This document shows, in pieces, positions 52,505 through 64,000 of a stretch of DNA of 64,000 nucleotides. Within the stretch, counting starts at the first letter, position 1; each line of letters starts with the position of its first letter. The DNA is from Glaucostegus cemiculus (lineage: Eukaryota): positions 32,860,001-32,924,000 of the forward strand of contig CDPCPM010000073.1 in assembly GCA_976551045.1 (NCBI GenBank). The letters are read 5' to 3'. The notes beneath the pieces were generated by a model, which saw nothing but the letters and a program-made list of their open reading frames with translations, was not told where the DNA came from and did no database searches. The position numbers and the translations under genes are program-made.

Positions 52505-53324
52505 GGCCAGCTAGGTCTGGCTTGTAAATTTGTGACGTCCATGCTTCTGGCACATAGGCTGGAAAATGCTGGCATTTATGAGCAAACTCAAGGTGATTAT
52601 ACTTCAAGTGGTTAGGGTGGAGGAAGATATATGGATGTAGTGAATGAGTTGCACTGCCAGACTAAAAAGCCAGACCATTAGAACATTTAAATTCATTTGT
52701 ATTTTGGGATGGTTGAGCATGTTATACATCTTTGCAAGTTTCAAATGTAATCACTGCCCTTTCTTCAAGCCCTTTCTTGTTTGGTAACAATGATCACTGC
52801 AAGTTATGTCTCATAAAAAAAACGTCCATACAGTTTGCATTCTGCGTGAGGTACTTTGATTTTAGATTTTTTTGTGATGTCAAATGGTTTTCAATATCAA
52901 GATTCCTGAACTGTTTCCTCTTGATAAATGAAAAGCTTTGTGCATTCTGCTGAAAATGTCATAAGATATCAGCAGCGGTCTCAATGCACTGACTTCAAGT
53001 GTGACCTTGTACCTTAAGAATAATGGACAAAAAAGGAAGTAACATTAGCAGTTCTAAGCATTGGTAGGTAACGTTGATCTGAAGGCCACAAAAGGCTTTG
53101 GAGCAAATTCCTGCTGACTGTAATCAGTCAATATTGCTGGTTTATTAAAGTCACCATGGATCAGAACTGCATTTTATTAAATATTTATTTTGAGTCCATG
53201 AGAAATTGGATATGGAACAATGTGATATGTGATATCTTTAGGATTGGAATCTATAAAACCAACATGGAAATTACCAAATATACACAACCACCCCCCCCCA
53301 AAAAAAAAAGCACATGCTAGAACT

Positions 53325-53410
53325 CTGAGATAAAAACAGAAAATGTTGGACAAACTCACCAGGATAGCTGGCATCTGTGCAAGGGTGTTAATATTTCAAG
53401 TCAAATCAAA
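53325..53410 (-). mobile_element. Penelope-derived repeat, short and decayed
   Basis: ataaaaacagaaaatgttggacaaactcaccagg...ggcatctgtg...gttaatatttcaagtc. Confidence 0.55.
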
Positions 53411-55294
53411 TTTACAACCATATAAACAATGGTCTTTGACCTGGTCAATAATGATATTTGGAAAGACACAAGAACAAATAGGCTAGAGATTTGTTAACCC
53501 TTAAAAACATGTACTAAAGTGGATCATGGTTTGTACATTGGTATATCACATGAACAGGACCATGTGAACAAAAATCACACTGCACCAGGCACATTATTAA
53601 GTCTTGATTATGTCTTGCAATGGATTTTACATCACATTACATGTGGCATTGAAATAGCATGCACATTGTGCTTGAATTTCTAATGGCTTATTCTCCCTGA
53701 CGCGTGTTGTTCATTTTGCATAGTGGTTCATTTTTGCCCCTTACTCTGATTGGATTCTCATAGTAGACAGATGTTTTAGTTGTTACATTTCCCCATATTT
53801 AATTTTATGAAAAGTGTTTGAGAGACTGACTTGTCCTTGCTCACTCAATTGCAAGTTGTACTCTGTCTCCAAAATTTGGTTGCTTTGACTTCAACAAAAT
53901 CAAATGTTAGAAGTATATTTAGCACTTGCAACTGTGAATGAATTTCTGCTCATTGTCTGTAATTGACATTTATTTTAAGGAACAAATTCATCAGTTCTTT
54001 GTTTTACACTGAAATTTCTATCTGTAAGTGTGAATCTGTTACATGAAACAGTTCTTAACAGTCAAAAGCATCACATTAGAAAATGGCATCACGTTGTGTT
54101 ATCTACTGTTATTGTGTAAAGGAGGTGTTTAGATTTGTTAAACAAGGTTGATGTAAACAAGGTTAGTAGCACAATGTCCTCCTAAGAAATGAGCTCAAAG
54201 AAGCAAATGGAACAGAATGGAATAAACTACAGAAAGGAGCTATTTGACACTTCACATCCATGCCAGTGACAGTTGGAGTTACCTGCTCCAAACCTATTTC
54301 CCCAGCCTTTATCCCTCTTGTTAGGTCTGTAGAAATAACAGCAAAAATAATGCTGGGGAATGAGGTGGCAACAGCAAGGAGAAATGTACAAGCAAAGACA
54401 AAGGACTATGTAGTGTCAGAATGAAGATAACTTTGAAGGGCTCAAGATTCCTGTTTAGAAATAGTGTAGGCGAAGACTTGTTTATCTCTGAAATTAATGA
54501 TCCATTGAATTAATGGACCACTAATGAAATCAAGTGGAATGGGTGAATAAAAACATGCAATTTCTGAGTGTGCTCTTTGTTGACAGACCATTAATTACTG
54601 CAAAAAGCAGACTCTCTCCCAATTTTCTGTAAAAGACGACTCTTCCCACAATAGTACAGTATAAGGGGTGAAAACACATCCGTCACCACTCATCAACAAT
54701 TCCTCCAATGATTTTTCCTTGCTAAATTTTCTGATAATAACACCTTAAGGAAAAGTGTATTTCGACTTAGTTTGATCTAAAAGATCCTATTGCAAAATTC
54801 AGTGACAGTTAAACAATAATATCCTGTTTTTTTCTCCTAAAGATCAAAATAAACTTCAGAACTACTTTTTATCTGTTAGAAAGGTTTTTGCACTTTTCTT
54901 TCCTTTTCACAAATTATGGGATTGCAAAATATAGACTTAACATAAACACACCACCACATCCAGAGTAGGAAACACAGTTGTCAAATGAATTTACCCTGAG
55001 AATTATTAAATAGTTACTTGTTATTCCCCTTTCAGTTAAATTACTACCAAGTTCTTGGATTTTTTTGTAAAGTGTAAGCTATTAACTCAGCCATTCATCA
55101 TTAATAACTCAGAATTTTGAGATGATATGAGTTATTCTGTTCAAGAAACCAAGATATAACTTCTTCAAACCAGAATGCAATCAAAGCCTTGTTCGTTCCC
55201 CTGAAACTGATGGGGTGCTGAACGCAAGGGAAACACTGCCGTTTAAGGGATAGTTCTAGTAAAGAACATCTTGAAATGCTTGCCATATGGGAAC

Positions 55295-55390
55295 TAAGCG
55301 GTGCAAGTTAGAAGATTGCTAAAATTTATACATAGTATCTGTTAAGCGGTGCAAGTTAGAAGATTGCTAAAATTTATACATAGTATCTGT
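55295..55390. repeat. Perfect 48-bp tandem duplication
   Basis: taagcggtgcaagttagaagattgctaaaatttatacatagtatctgt at 55295-55342 and again at 55343-55390. Confidence 0.95.
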
Positions 55391-56214
55391 TTTTTTGGAT
55401 TCTATATGGCTGGTGTTATATTTGACCCACTTAGAAATTATTATGAATACCCAATTGATTCCTTTAATAGGAATGCTGTCCTAAGGACTGTATTTAAATC
55501 TATTTACTACATTTCAAACCATATCCATCAGTCAATCTCCTGTGGGATTGACCATGGGAAACCAAAAAACAAATGTGGTCTTCAAGTGAAGGAATTTTAA
55601 GAGATATGGGATAATTGGATCCATGCATGCTGAGATAATCAACTGTCCATTATCAATTGAAATATTCTGTCCAGTTTTCATGTATCATTTTGATTGCTTA
55701 TTTGTAGTTAAGAGGTGATATTTACCAGCGATTTGAGCAACAGAGTTGATCAGAATTTCTGTACAGCACAGACTGAAGAGCTGGGAGATGCAAAAGTGAG
55801 GTGCAGCAATGTCATTGCTGGTCGGACTGTATAAACTACAGCCTCTGCATACCAGTTCATCTCTGTTTTAGCAAGTGCTTGTTGAACTCCACTTCCCCAT
55901 ATCTGACATTTGCTTTCATTGACTAAGGACCAGGGAAGAATTTCAACCAAGCATTTCCAAATAGGCAGTTCTCTTTCTGAGTAAGGTAGTTTTGGATTTT
56001 ATAATGGACAATATTGATGGTAGCGTTGCATAGGCGGGAACTACATAGAGATTGAAGTAGGTAAATGGCAATTTCACAGATTGGGATTAAGGTGGCTGTG
56101 GTGGGAGGGGGTGACTGTGCTCCTCATTCATTATCATCACCTTTGCAAGAATTTACTGGAGGTATTAAAGATCATGCAAGAATTTAAAAGGGTGTGTATT
56201 CCCAGTATAAGTTA

Positions 56215-56465
56215 CAGCCTTTACCAAACATAGGGGGCATAGTGACTGATTAAATCCAACAGGGAATTCAGGAGAGTGGCTAGAATGTGGAATTTGCTTC
56301 TTCAAGGAGTAACTGAGGCAATTATTAAAGATGTATTCTAGGAGAAGATGAAAAAAAGTTATAGAAGGATATGTTGATAGAGTCAGAAGAGAGGGAGCAA
56401 GGCATGTGCGGAGTGTGAACACCAATTATGCAGCCATTGAGTGGAATAGCTTGCTTTTGTTCTTT
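56215..56465 (+). mobile_element. Old CR1 LINE 3' fragment
   Basis: gggggcata...gagagtggctagaatgtggaatttgcttcttcaagga...gaaggatatgttgatagagt. Confidence 0.6.
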
Positions 56466-57097
56466 AAACAGTTTGAACCTAATATAAACTTCAGCTCAGC
56501 AATTATTGAGGTGGCAGGATAGATTATTATGGGTCAATCTTCTGAAGTTACCAGTGGTTTAAAGAGTGCCTCACAGTAACAGTTCAAATTTGGATCATGC
56601 CATGTGATGCATCCACCCTTCTTGGGACAGTGTAATGAGCCATTAACCATCAATTTTTATTTTGCCTACACTCATTTGAAGTTATTATTCTAAACTAATT
56701 CATAAAGTTCAAAAGTAATTTTAGGAGGAACACCATTGCAACTGCTGTGCTTATATGCTGTGCATATAAGTTTGTATGCTGTGAATATCTGGATGATAAT
56801 GATAGATTGGAAGTATTGGTATTCTTGGGGCACTGTCCTTCTAATGATTGTTCCAAGAAACCTTATCCCACAGAACTTGCCCAACCTGGTCCAGAATGGA
56901 CAGGAATAATGCTAAAATCTCTCTTGCAACTTCAGGACAATATCAGTCACTAATAAAAAATGCTATAAAAGTTAGTGCATTGCAAGTTGGGGGATTCTTG
57001 GCTTTTATGTACAACTTAAGCATGCAGCAGTTGTGTCTTGCTTTACACACAGAGTGCATACCTGCTTTCTGCAGGACAATACTCCTACCAAACCTGA

Positions 57098-57346
<249 letters not shown>

Positions 57347-57744
57347 TGAACTCATGCGAATATGTTGAGTATTCATGTCTATTCTATTCTTTTAGTGAAA
57401 CTACTCCTCTCCATCATGAAGTTCCAGTGAGAGGACATTTCTCTGATGTACAGGCTTGAGACGTTAAACCAAGGTGGGAGAGTTTACACAGGCATATCCA
57501 ATTATAAATGTGGACATAAGAATTAACAGTGCAAAAAGTTGACACCGAAATCTGTCCAAAGCTTAGCACAATGAAATATTTTTTTCAGGCAGGATGTTTT
57601 TTTTAAAAATGAACATAGAAATGGTCACATATAATGGAGTTTTTCCATTTGTTGTTTTGTTCTTTTTAGATGCAGGTTCCTACCTCTCTGTGATTTCAGT
57701 CGTCTGTTTCGTCCACCCCCATCCCCTTTGAGTTGAAAGGATGG

Positions 57745-57850
57745 ATTCTGATAAAGAGTTAGAATGTTAACCCTACTCTTGTCTGCACAGATGTTGTATT
57801 AGCTGCTGAGTGTTTCTGGCATTTCCTGTTTTTATTTCAGTTTCCCAGCT
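57745..57850 (+). mobile_element. Penelope-derived repeat with hammerhead stem II lost
   Basis: ttctgataaagagttagaatgttaac...cacagatgttg...gctgagtgtttctggcatttcctgtttttatttcag. Confidence 0.55.
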
Positions 57851-58429
57851 TTTATGAATTTAGTCAAAGTCCCAATTTGAAACATTTCCCCCAGCATTAC
57901 ACTGCATCATTTGAGTTCCAGGCTTATGACACACTATTGAAGGTAGAATTGTAACTACCTTTTAGTTTAGATAAGTAAATGTGGAGCTTTTCAGAAGATG
58001 AACTAATACTTACCTTTTTACTGTTTACAAACAGTAAAATCTATTTTAAGATGTTGATTTCTGGTTGTTCATCATGATCTGTACTTTAATTTGATGTACA
58101 ATCATTGAATTAGTTTGGCTGACCCTTGTAGGGTGGTGGTACTGAGAATGCAGTTGGGTGATGCTTCCTTTGTACTATTATGATGGAACTTTGTGTGTCT
58201 CAATTTTTTTTATGACCCACAGTTGTAAACTAGTAATTGGTAAATGTTAGAAAGAACAAGGAGTAAATTTTAGTTTAGTCATTTTTATGATGTTTTTCAT
58301 GCCAGTGAAGCAGAGGGAATGGGGTTGGCTGCTAAATATTATTGAACCGATTCCTCAGAAAATTTAGTGGCTCATTAATCTGAGAACTTCATTCGCAGGG
58401 GATGGAGATGGGTAATGGCTTTTTATCTT

Positions 58430-58650
58430 GAAAGAAAGTTTCGGAGTTATGCAGTGCCATTCCCAACTTCAGGATGTTCCAAAGTGCTTCAGAACCAATG
58501 AAGTGCTTTTGAAGTACAGTCACTCTTAAGGGAAACATGGCAGCAAATCTCTGCACAGTAGTCTGGACAAACAACAATGCAATAGTGACCAGATAATCAG
58601 TTTTAGAGATTCTGGCTATGAGATAAATATTAGCTAGGATAATGTAGTTT
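58430..58650 (-). mobile_element. Deu-domain SINE 3' part (another tail at about 58940-59070, + strand)
   Basis: caggatgttccaaagtgcttcagaaccaatgaagtgcttttgaagtacagtcact...gaccagataatc...gataaatattagctagga. Confidence 0.7.
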
Positions 58651-59699
58651 CAAGTGTTTGTGATGCACTTTTTCCCCTGTGAAATTACAGTAAGCATAAC
58701 TCTGAGGGGGCATTTTGCTTTCTGGTCAAAGAATTATCCTTCCAAGATATGTGTTTTTCTAGCAGTTTGGAGAGACTCTTTGCCAAGAGAATCTCCATGT
58801 ACCGTTTCCTTCCTGCCTTTTAACCACTGTCATTTTTCAAGAGAGTTCATTTGCAGGTGTCATGTGGTCTTAAGATGATTAACCACAGTCAAACTGCCCT
58901 GTAACTGGCTCTAGGGAGTGGAATTCCCTTCAAAGCCCTTATCCCTCAACCAACATTATTCAAGAACAAACTGCCTGGTGGGAGGATGCTGCATGGAGAT
59001 TGGCCACCACATTTCATACAACAGTGACTACACACGTAAATTACATCCTTGGTTGTAAAATGCTTGGGCTTACTGTGGGAAGGATGTGGAATACACAATA
59101 TAAAAGCAATTTTTTCTCAGCTTGTGGATTGTTTGGGGAAGGGGTGGAGATTGTAGAGAGACTATCTGAACAGATGTGTCTCTGATGTAACGGCGGTGGA
59201 CTACTTTAGATGAAGTCTGATGGTTTCCTTTTGGATCCCAAATCAAAATTTGGGGTCTGTATGGGGAAGTTGAAAATGCATCTTTCCTAAGTAAGGTAAC
59301 CCTCCCCAAACAGACCTGTAGCATTGAGATATGGAGCAGCCATAGTCTGATAGTATGATCCTGTGGGACTGAATGGCCTGCCACTCCTTTATGTAAGAGT
59401 AGCTTTCAAACTCAAGATCAATTTGATGCAATTACTTGCCGTCTTTTTATGACTGAGGAGGCAATCAAACCTTTTCCAACAGGAGTCAGTTTCAGGGTTT
59501 AACATCCCATACTTAGAGGATATCTGAATTACATTCAGCCCGATACTGGTTGTTTTTTATCAGGCAACTAAAATGGGCAGCAGCTGGAGGATCACTCCCA
59601 AGAGGTAAGTATATTAGAAGATAATGCAAGAAGTTGTTGCTGTGGAGCCATAAGAAACAGAATTCTACCCCCTCCCCCTGCCACTTCCACTTTGCAGTG

Positions 59700-59950
59700 T
59701 TCTAGAATTAAAAGAGAAGAGTACTGTTATAACGATGGTCATGAAACCACAGGGTTGTTGTAAAATAAAACATCTGGTTCACCAATGGCCTTTGGAGAGG
59801 AAACTGTCCATCCTTAAATGGTCTGGCTGATCTGTGACTCCAGATCCACAGAAATGTGGTTGACTCTGAAACTGTCTAGCAAGCAAATATTTTCAGATTG
59901 ATTTAAGAATGCTGGCCTTGCCATTGATGCCGTATCTGAAAAATGAATAA
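59700..59950 (+). mobile_element. Second tRNA-derived SINE family, 3' part
   Basis: catctggttcaccaatg...tgtgactccagatccacagaaatgtggttgactct...aatgctggccttgcca. Confidence 0.65.
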
Positions 59951-60544
59951 ATTAGAAAGTATAGAACACCTCTGTCCATCCACATTCCATCTCTGCTTCG
60001 CCCCTGCTCTTCTTCGGAAGCTGCTTATTTGCTTGTTTTGAAGTTCATGGCTTTATGCATGTACACTGCCTCTGCAGGTCTGACAGTCACAGGAACCTTC
60101 TCCAATTAATTAGGCCTGAAAACCAGGCACTGAGAACTGTGTTCCCAATTGAGTCTGATTCACCTTCATTGTCATATTTTTATGTGATGGCAGTGTTGGG
60201 TTAAGCAAAAACATTGCTTCAAACTGACTCAGATGAGGGCAGTCTGAAGAGACTTTGGGTAGAAACATATCTTCCAACACATATATTAAACAGGGAGATA
60301 AAGTGAAGTCAATTGAAATGAGTTTTGGAGACAGAGTGCCATGTGCAGCTGCTCCTATTAATGCACGGTTAATGCAAGTGATTGAGGAAGTTACAACTTC
60401 ATTGCCAATATAAATGTAGATGGTATATAATTGTACACCCCCTACAAAAGCTGAGAAAGTTCTTTCAGCTGGTGCAGTTGACGTGTTAAGTTCAGTTAAC
60501 TCTTTATTTACATGTTGAGAATCTTGACACTTTTTTGCTCTCCA

Positions 60545-61118
60545 GAGTAGAATAGAGTCATAGAGTAATACAGCATGGATACAGGCCCTTCAGCCCAATG
60601 AGTCCATGCCAACCATGGTGCCCACCCAGCTAGTCCCAATTTCCTGCATTTGGCCCATATCCCTCTAAGCCCCGCCCCTCCACGTACCTACCCAAGTGCT
60701 TCTAAAATGATACTGTTGTACCTGCCTCAGCCACTTTCTCTGGCAGCTTGTTCTATATACTCACCACCCTCTGTGTAGAAATAAAATTGCCCCTCAGGTC
60801 CCTTTTATTAAATCTGTCCCCTCTCACCCTAAATCTATGCCCCTTAGTTTTGCCCCTTTAGCTCCCCTACCCTGGGGAAAAGACTGTTACTGTCCACCTT
60901 ATCAATGCCCCTCATAGTCTTAAACATTTCTAAGGTCACCCTCATTCTCCGATGTTCCAAGGAATAAAGACCTACCCTGGCCAACCTCTCCCTGTAACTC
61001 AGGCCCTCTAGTCCTGCAATATCCTTGTAAATCTTTTCTGCACTCTTTCCAGTTTAACCATATCTTTCCTATAACAGGGTGACCAAAACTGTACACAGTA
61101 CTATAGTGTGACCTCACT
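60545..61118 (-). mobile_element. CR1 LINE 3' ~570 bp, well preserved
   Basis: The minus strand encodes [27 protein letters not shown]; the 3' UTR is closely similar to the inverse of 1405-1700. Confidence 0.9.
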
Positions 61119-61661
61119 AGCTGTTAATTGAGAACAGAATAGATCATGATGCTGTCAGAGAAAGTAGCAGACATTTCACCAGCAAGGACAGTGCAATTTT
61201 TCAGCCAATTAAATAGTGCACCTTGCCCGCACCACATAATGAAACTCTAGATGCGGTATGTGGTTTCCTTTGGTCCAGATGATGTTAGTACTTACATAAA
61301 ATGTTTCTTGTTTGTAAAATATGAGGTAATCCACTCATGGTTCTTCGACCACAGGTACTGAACAGGTGACAGAACAGTCAGTAGTTGGGAGGGCTCCCGT
61401 ACATTAATTATTTTGAAGTCAATAGAACTATGTGTTGGGAAGCAAGTACAACCGAGGATCAATATTCTTCTAGTTATTTAACACTTGTGACTAAAAGAGT
61501 TTCACGCAGTAGTTCTTATATTCCAACCCACCCTAAGAAATCTTCAACACCACAGCCTTATCAGCTTCATAACTGTGGCAATATTGCTCTGCAGTGCATC
61601 CGCCTCAGAATATAGTTGTCACAAATGTTGCTAGTTCAGGGAGTAATAATAGATGTTCTCT

Positions 61662-61664
<3 letters not shown>

Positions 61665-61704
<40 letters not shown>
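61665..61704. repeat. (TC)n microsatellite, about 20 units
   Basis: Uninterrupted tc repeat visible in the sequence. Confidence 0.95.
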
Positions 61705-61707
<3 letters not shown>

Positions 61708-62499
61708 ATTTTCTTTCCCTCTCTCTCTATATGGCCATTCAAGTTGTGAGGTATCTGGCTGTTTGTTTCCCCATAAATGGAGTCACCACACCTATTTTAA
61801 AGAGTAACTATCAAGGATCAAACCACTGAACAAATCCAGCTACAATTTACTGAATAACTGGTACTTTGCACTACAATTCAGTAATGCTGACATACGTGAC
61901 TGTATGTAAACATGTATGTTATATTTTTCTGCAAATGCATTTAATATATCTTTACTGATTGCATATGTATAATATTAAGATTGTCCTGTAAGATCCCTGT
62001 GATTATTTTTGTCCTGCAGTGCACTTAATGCTAAGCTCAAATTCCTCTGCATTTTGTTTTCAAATGAATGGACTCCATAACACAGGAAAAGGTTGAGACA
62101 ATGTCAAGCTGTGAAACTGAAGCTAGAAGGTTTTATTCATGTGAAGGGACACAGATTCCTGAGATCCTGTTGTGTTTATTCACATAGCAGATGTACAGAC
62201 TATCAAAGTACTGCATGATTTTACAGAACAGAAGCTGGCCATTTGGCCCAAATAGTCTGTGCTAGCCTGCATGCAAGCTTCTTCTTAACTTATGTTAAAC
62301 TTGATCTACAGATCTGTCATCAGCTTACCAGTTTCTCCCTGCATCTAGGAAAGCCTGAAAGATTATGCAGGTATACATTTCAGTGCAGGCTCCAGAGTTT
62401 TCCACAGTGGTTGTTTATTATCATGCCTCGTCCTTTACACCCCACCAGGTGAATGGATTGAATATGCAGAACTCTGACTTGTGTTTTGCCTAAGACAAA

Positions 62500-62690
62500 T
62501 GAAAAATACTGCAGCTGCTGGAAATCCAAATTAAAACTTTTATTTTGCAAGTACTCAGCAGGTTGGGCAACATCTGTGGACAGAAGCGTTGTCAATATTT
62601 CAGGTCAGTGATATTTCATCAGGATTCTATCTCCACTGATGATGCCTGTCTGCCAGGCTTATCCAACATTTTTAGTTTTATTTCAGATTG
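62500..62690. mobile_element. Penelope-derived repeat with inverted arms and intact CTGATGA/GAAA boxes
   Basis: Minus strand TC-CTGATGA-AATATCACTGACCT-GAAA-TATTGAC (62624-62591). The right arm (ccaacatttttagttttatttcagatt) is roughly the inverse of the left arm. Confidence 0.65.
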
Positions 62691-62749
62691 ATAGAGTTTG
62701 AGTGGCTGCTATTTCTGGTTGGTGAGCTGTTTTCTTTTACAGTACGGGG

Positions 62750-63145
62750 ATGGTAGTAAAGTGGCTAATTTGTTAGGCTGGTAGTCTTGAAGCTTGCACT
62801 AATGAGACATGAGTTCAAATTCCATTTTGCAGCTGGGGAATTTAAATTTAGTTAATTAAATAAATCTGGATTAAAAAGATGTTTTCATTAATGTTAACCA
62901 GTAATTTTTAAGACCTATCTGGTTCATTAAAATCCTATGGGAAGGAATTCTGCTGTCCTTACCCAGATTTGCCTGTTGCTGCACTCTTCACTGCCTCCTG
63001 AAATGAGCTAGAAAGACTAGAACAATCCTTGCATAATGACTGCCCCAGTTCCAGAAAAGGTTCATCATGTGCCTCTCTGGGCTTTTAGGGAATGAGGACT
63101 AAATAGTGGTTTTGCCAGTGATGTCCACATCTCATGGGAATGTAA
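62750..63145 (+). mobile_element. Second tRNA-derived SINE family, near full length
   Basis: B-box-like gagttcaaattcc, gcagctggggaatttaaattt...aaataaatctgga, atctggttcattaa, ttgccagtgatgtccacatc tail. Confidence 0.7.
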
Positions 63146-64000
63146 TAAAGGTGCTAAATGTTGTCCATTGTAATGCATAATTCATTGACAGGAACCAAAA
63201 GGTGTGATACGTTGATGTTTTGCTGTCCACTGTAGCCCCATTTACAAATTTTGGTTTTATCTGTATTGATCTTGGCACCAAGGGTGAATGGCAATGCATT
63301 CTGAAGGTAAATCATTACCAGTTGTTTCTAATTCGATTATTGAAAGTGTGGTTCAAGTAGTTTTGTGCATCCAGTAAAACATCCCTTAATTATTTCAGTA
63401 TTTTATAACTAATAGCAGGAAAGTGGGTGCCCAGGCACGTCCAATAGAATTGAGAGGCATTTCAGAAAGATTGCATTGAATACCAAGAAGCATGGAGGAC
63501 ACAGCACCAACTTTGCACAGGGCAATGCACAGAATGTGAAGCCCACCCATTCTGTGGTTAAAATAGTGAACAACTTTTGACCTAACCATAGTGGAGTCTC
63601 TGATAGACAATGCCTCAGCTTCTGTTGTGGCACAAATAGATACCACAGTGTCTGGATCTGCAGTGGAAGCTCAGACTTCTATCACACAAGTTCAATGTGA
63701 TGTCATGTAGGCTCAGGTTGCTGCTGTTAAGTCTGTGAATGCCATTGTTCAAAGGTGCTTGCAAACTCTCAGAATCATTCAGCACTCTTCCCTCCAATAT
63801 TTTTATCAGGATGGCTGAGGTGCTGCCCCAAGGGAGTAATTGCCAAGGTGTTACTTCACTTGATATGACAATATTCAGTCATACCATTGTCATCTGCCCA
63901 GGCCTTCAGCTTTTGACTTTGAGCCTGCAAGCCTGATTGTGGGCACTCACGCTGAGAAAACACAGTAGGAGCCAAGCCTTTGGGCCCAGAGCTTTTCAAG

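Overview
Vertebrate (non-prokaryotic) genomic DNA, AT-rich and CpG-poor. The repeat content (CR1 LINEs, Deu-domain SINEs, V-SINEs, Penelope-derived short repeats) points to a cartilaginous fish; this is inferred. The whole window lies inside one + strand gene, an NMDA-receptor GluN2 subunit, most likely GRIN2A. Seven consecutive internal coding exons (206, 169, 154, 126, 230, 161 and 188 nt; 1234 nt) all have AG/GT boundaries and compatible phases. They splice to one open frame covering the end of the ATD, S1, M1-M3 and S2 (about residues 375-786 in mammalian GluN2A numbering, recalled from memory). I did not find the flanking exons in the window. The introns are filled with decayed transposons: three Ty3/Gypsy relics (one with a candidate tRNA-Leu primer-binding site), many CR1 and L2 fragments, a well-preserved Rex1/Babar 3' end, three SINE families, MITE-like elements and about 11 Penelope-derived repeats. 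The most notable hidden structure is that these Penelope-type repeats carry decayed minimal hammerhead-ribozyme motifs, two with a shared variant core (CUGAUGCA). The receptor also shows a mosaic of residues at pharmacologically important sites. I found no convincing wholly new biological system. Most ORFs in the supplied track are spurious, and repeat boundaries are approximate, read by eye.
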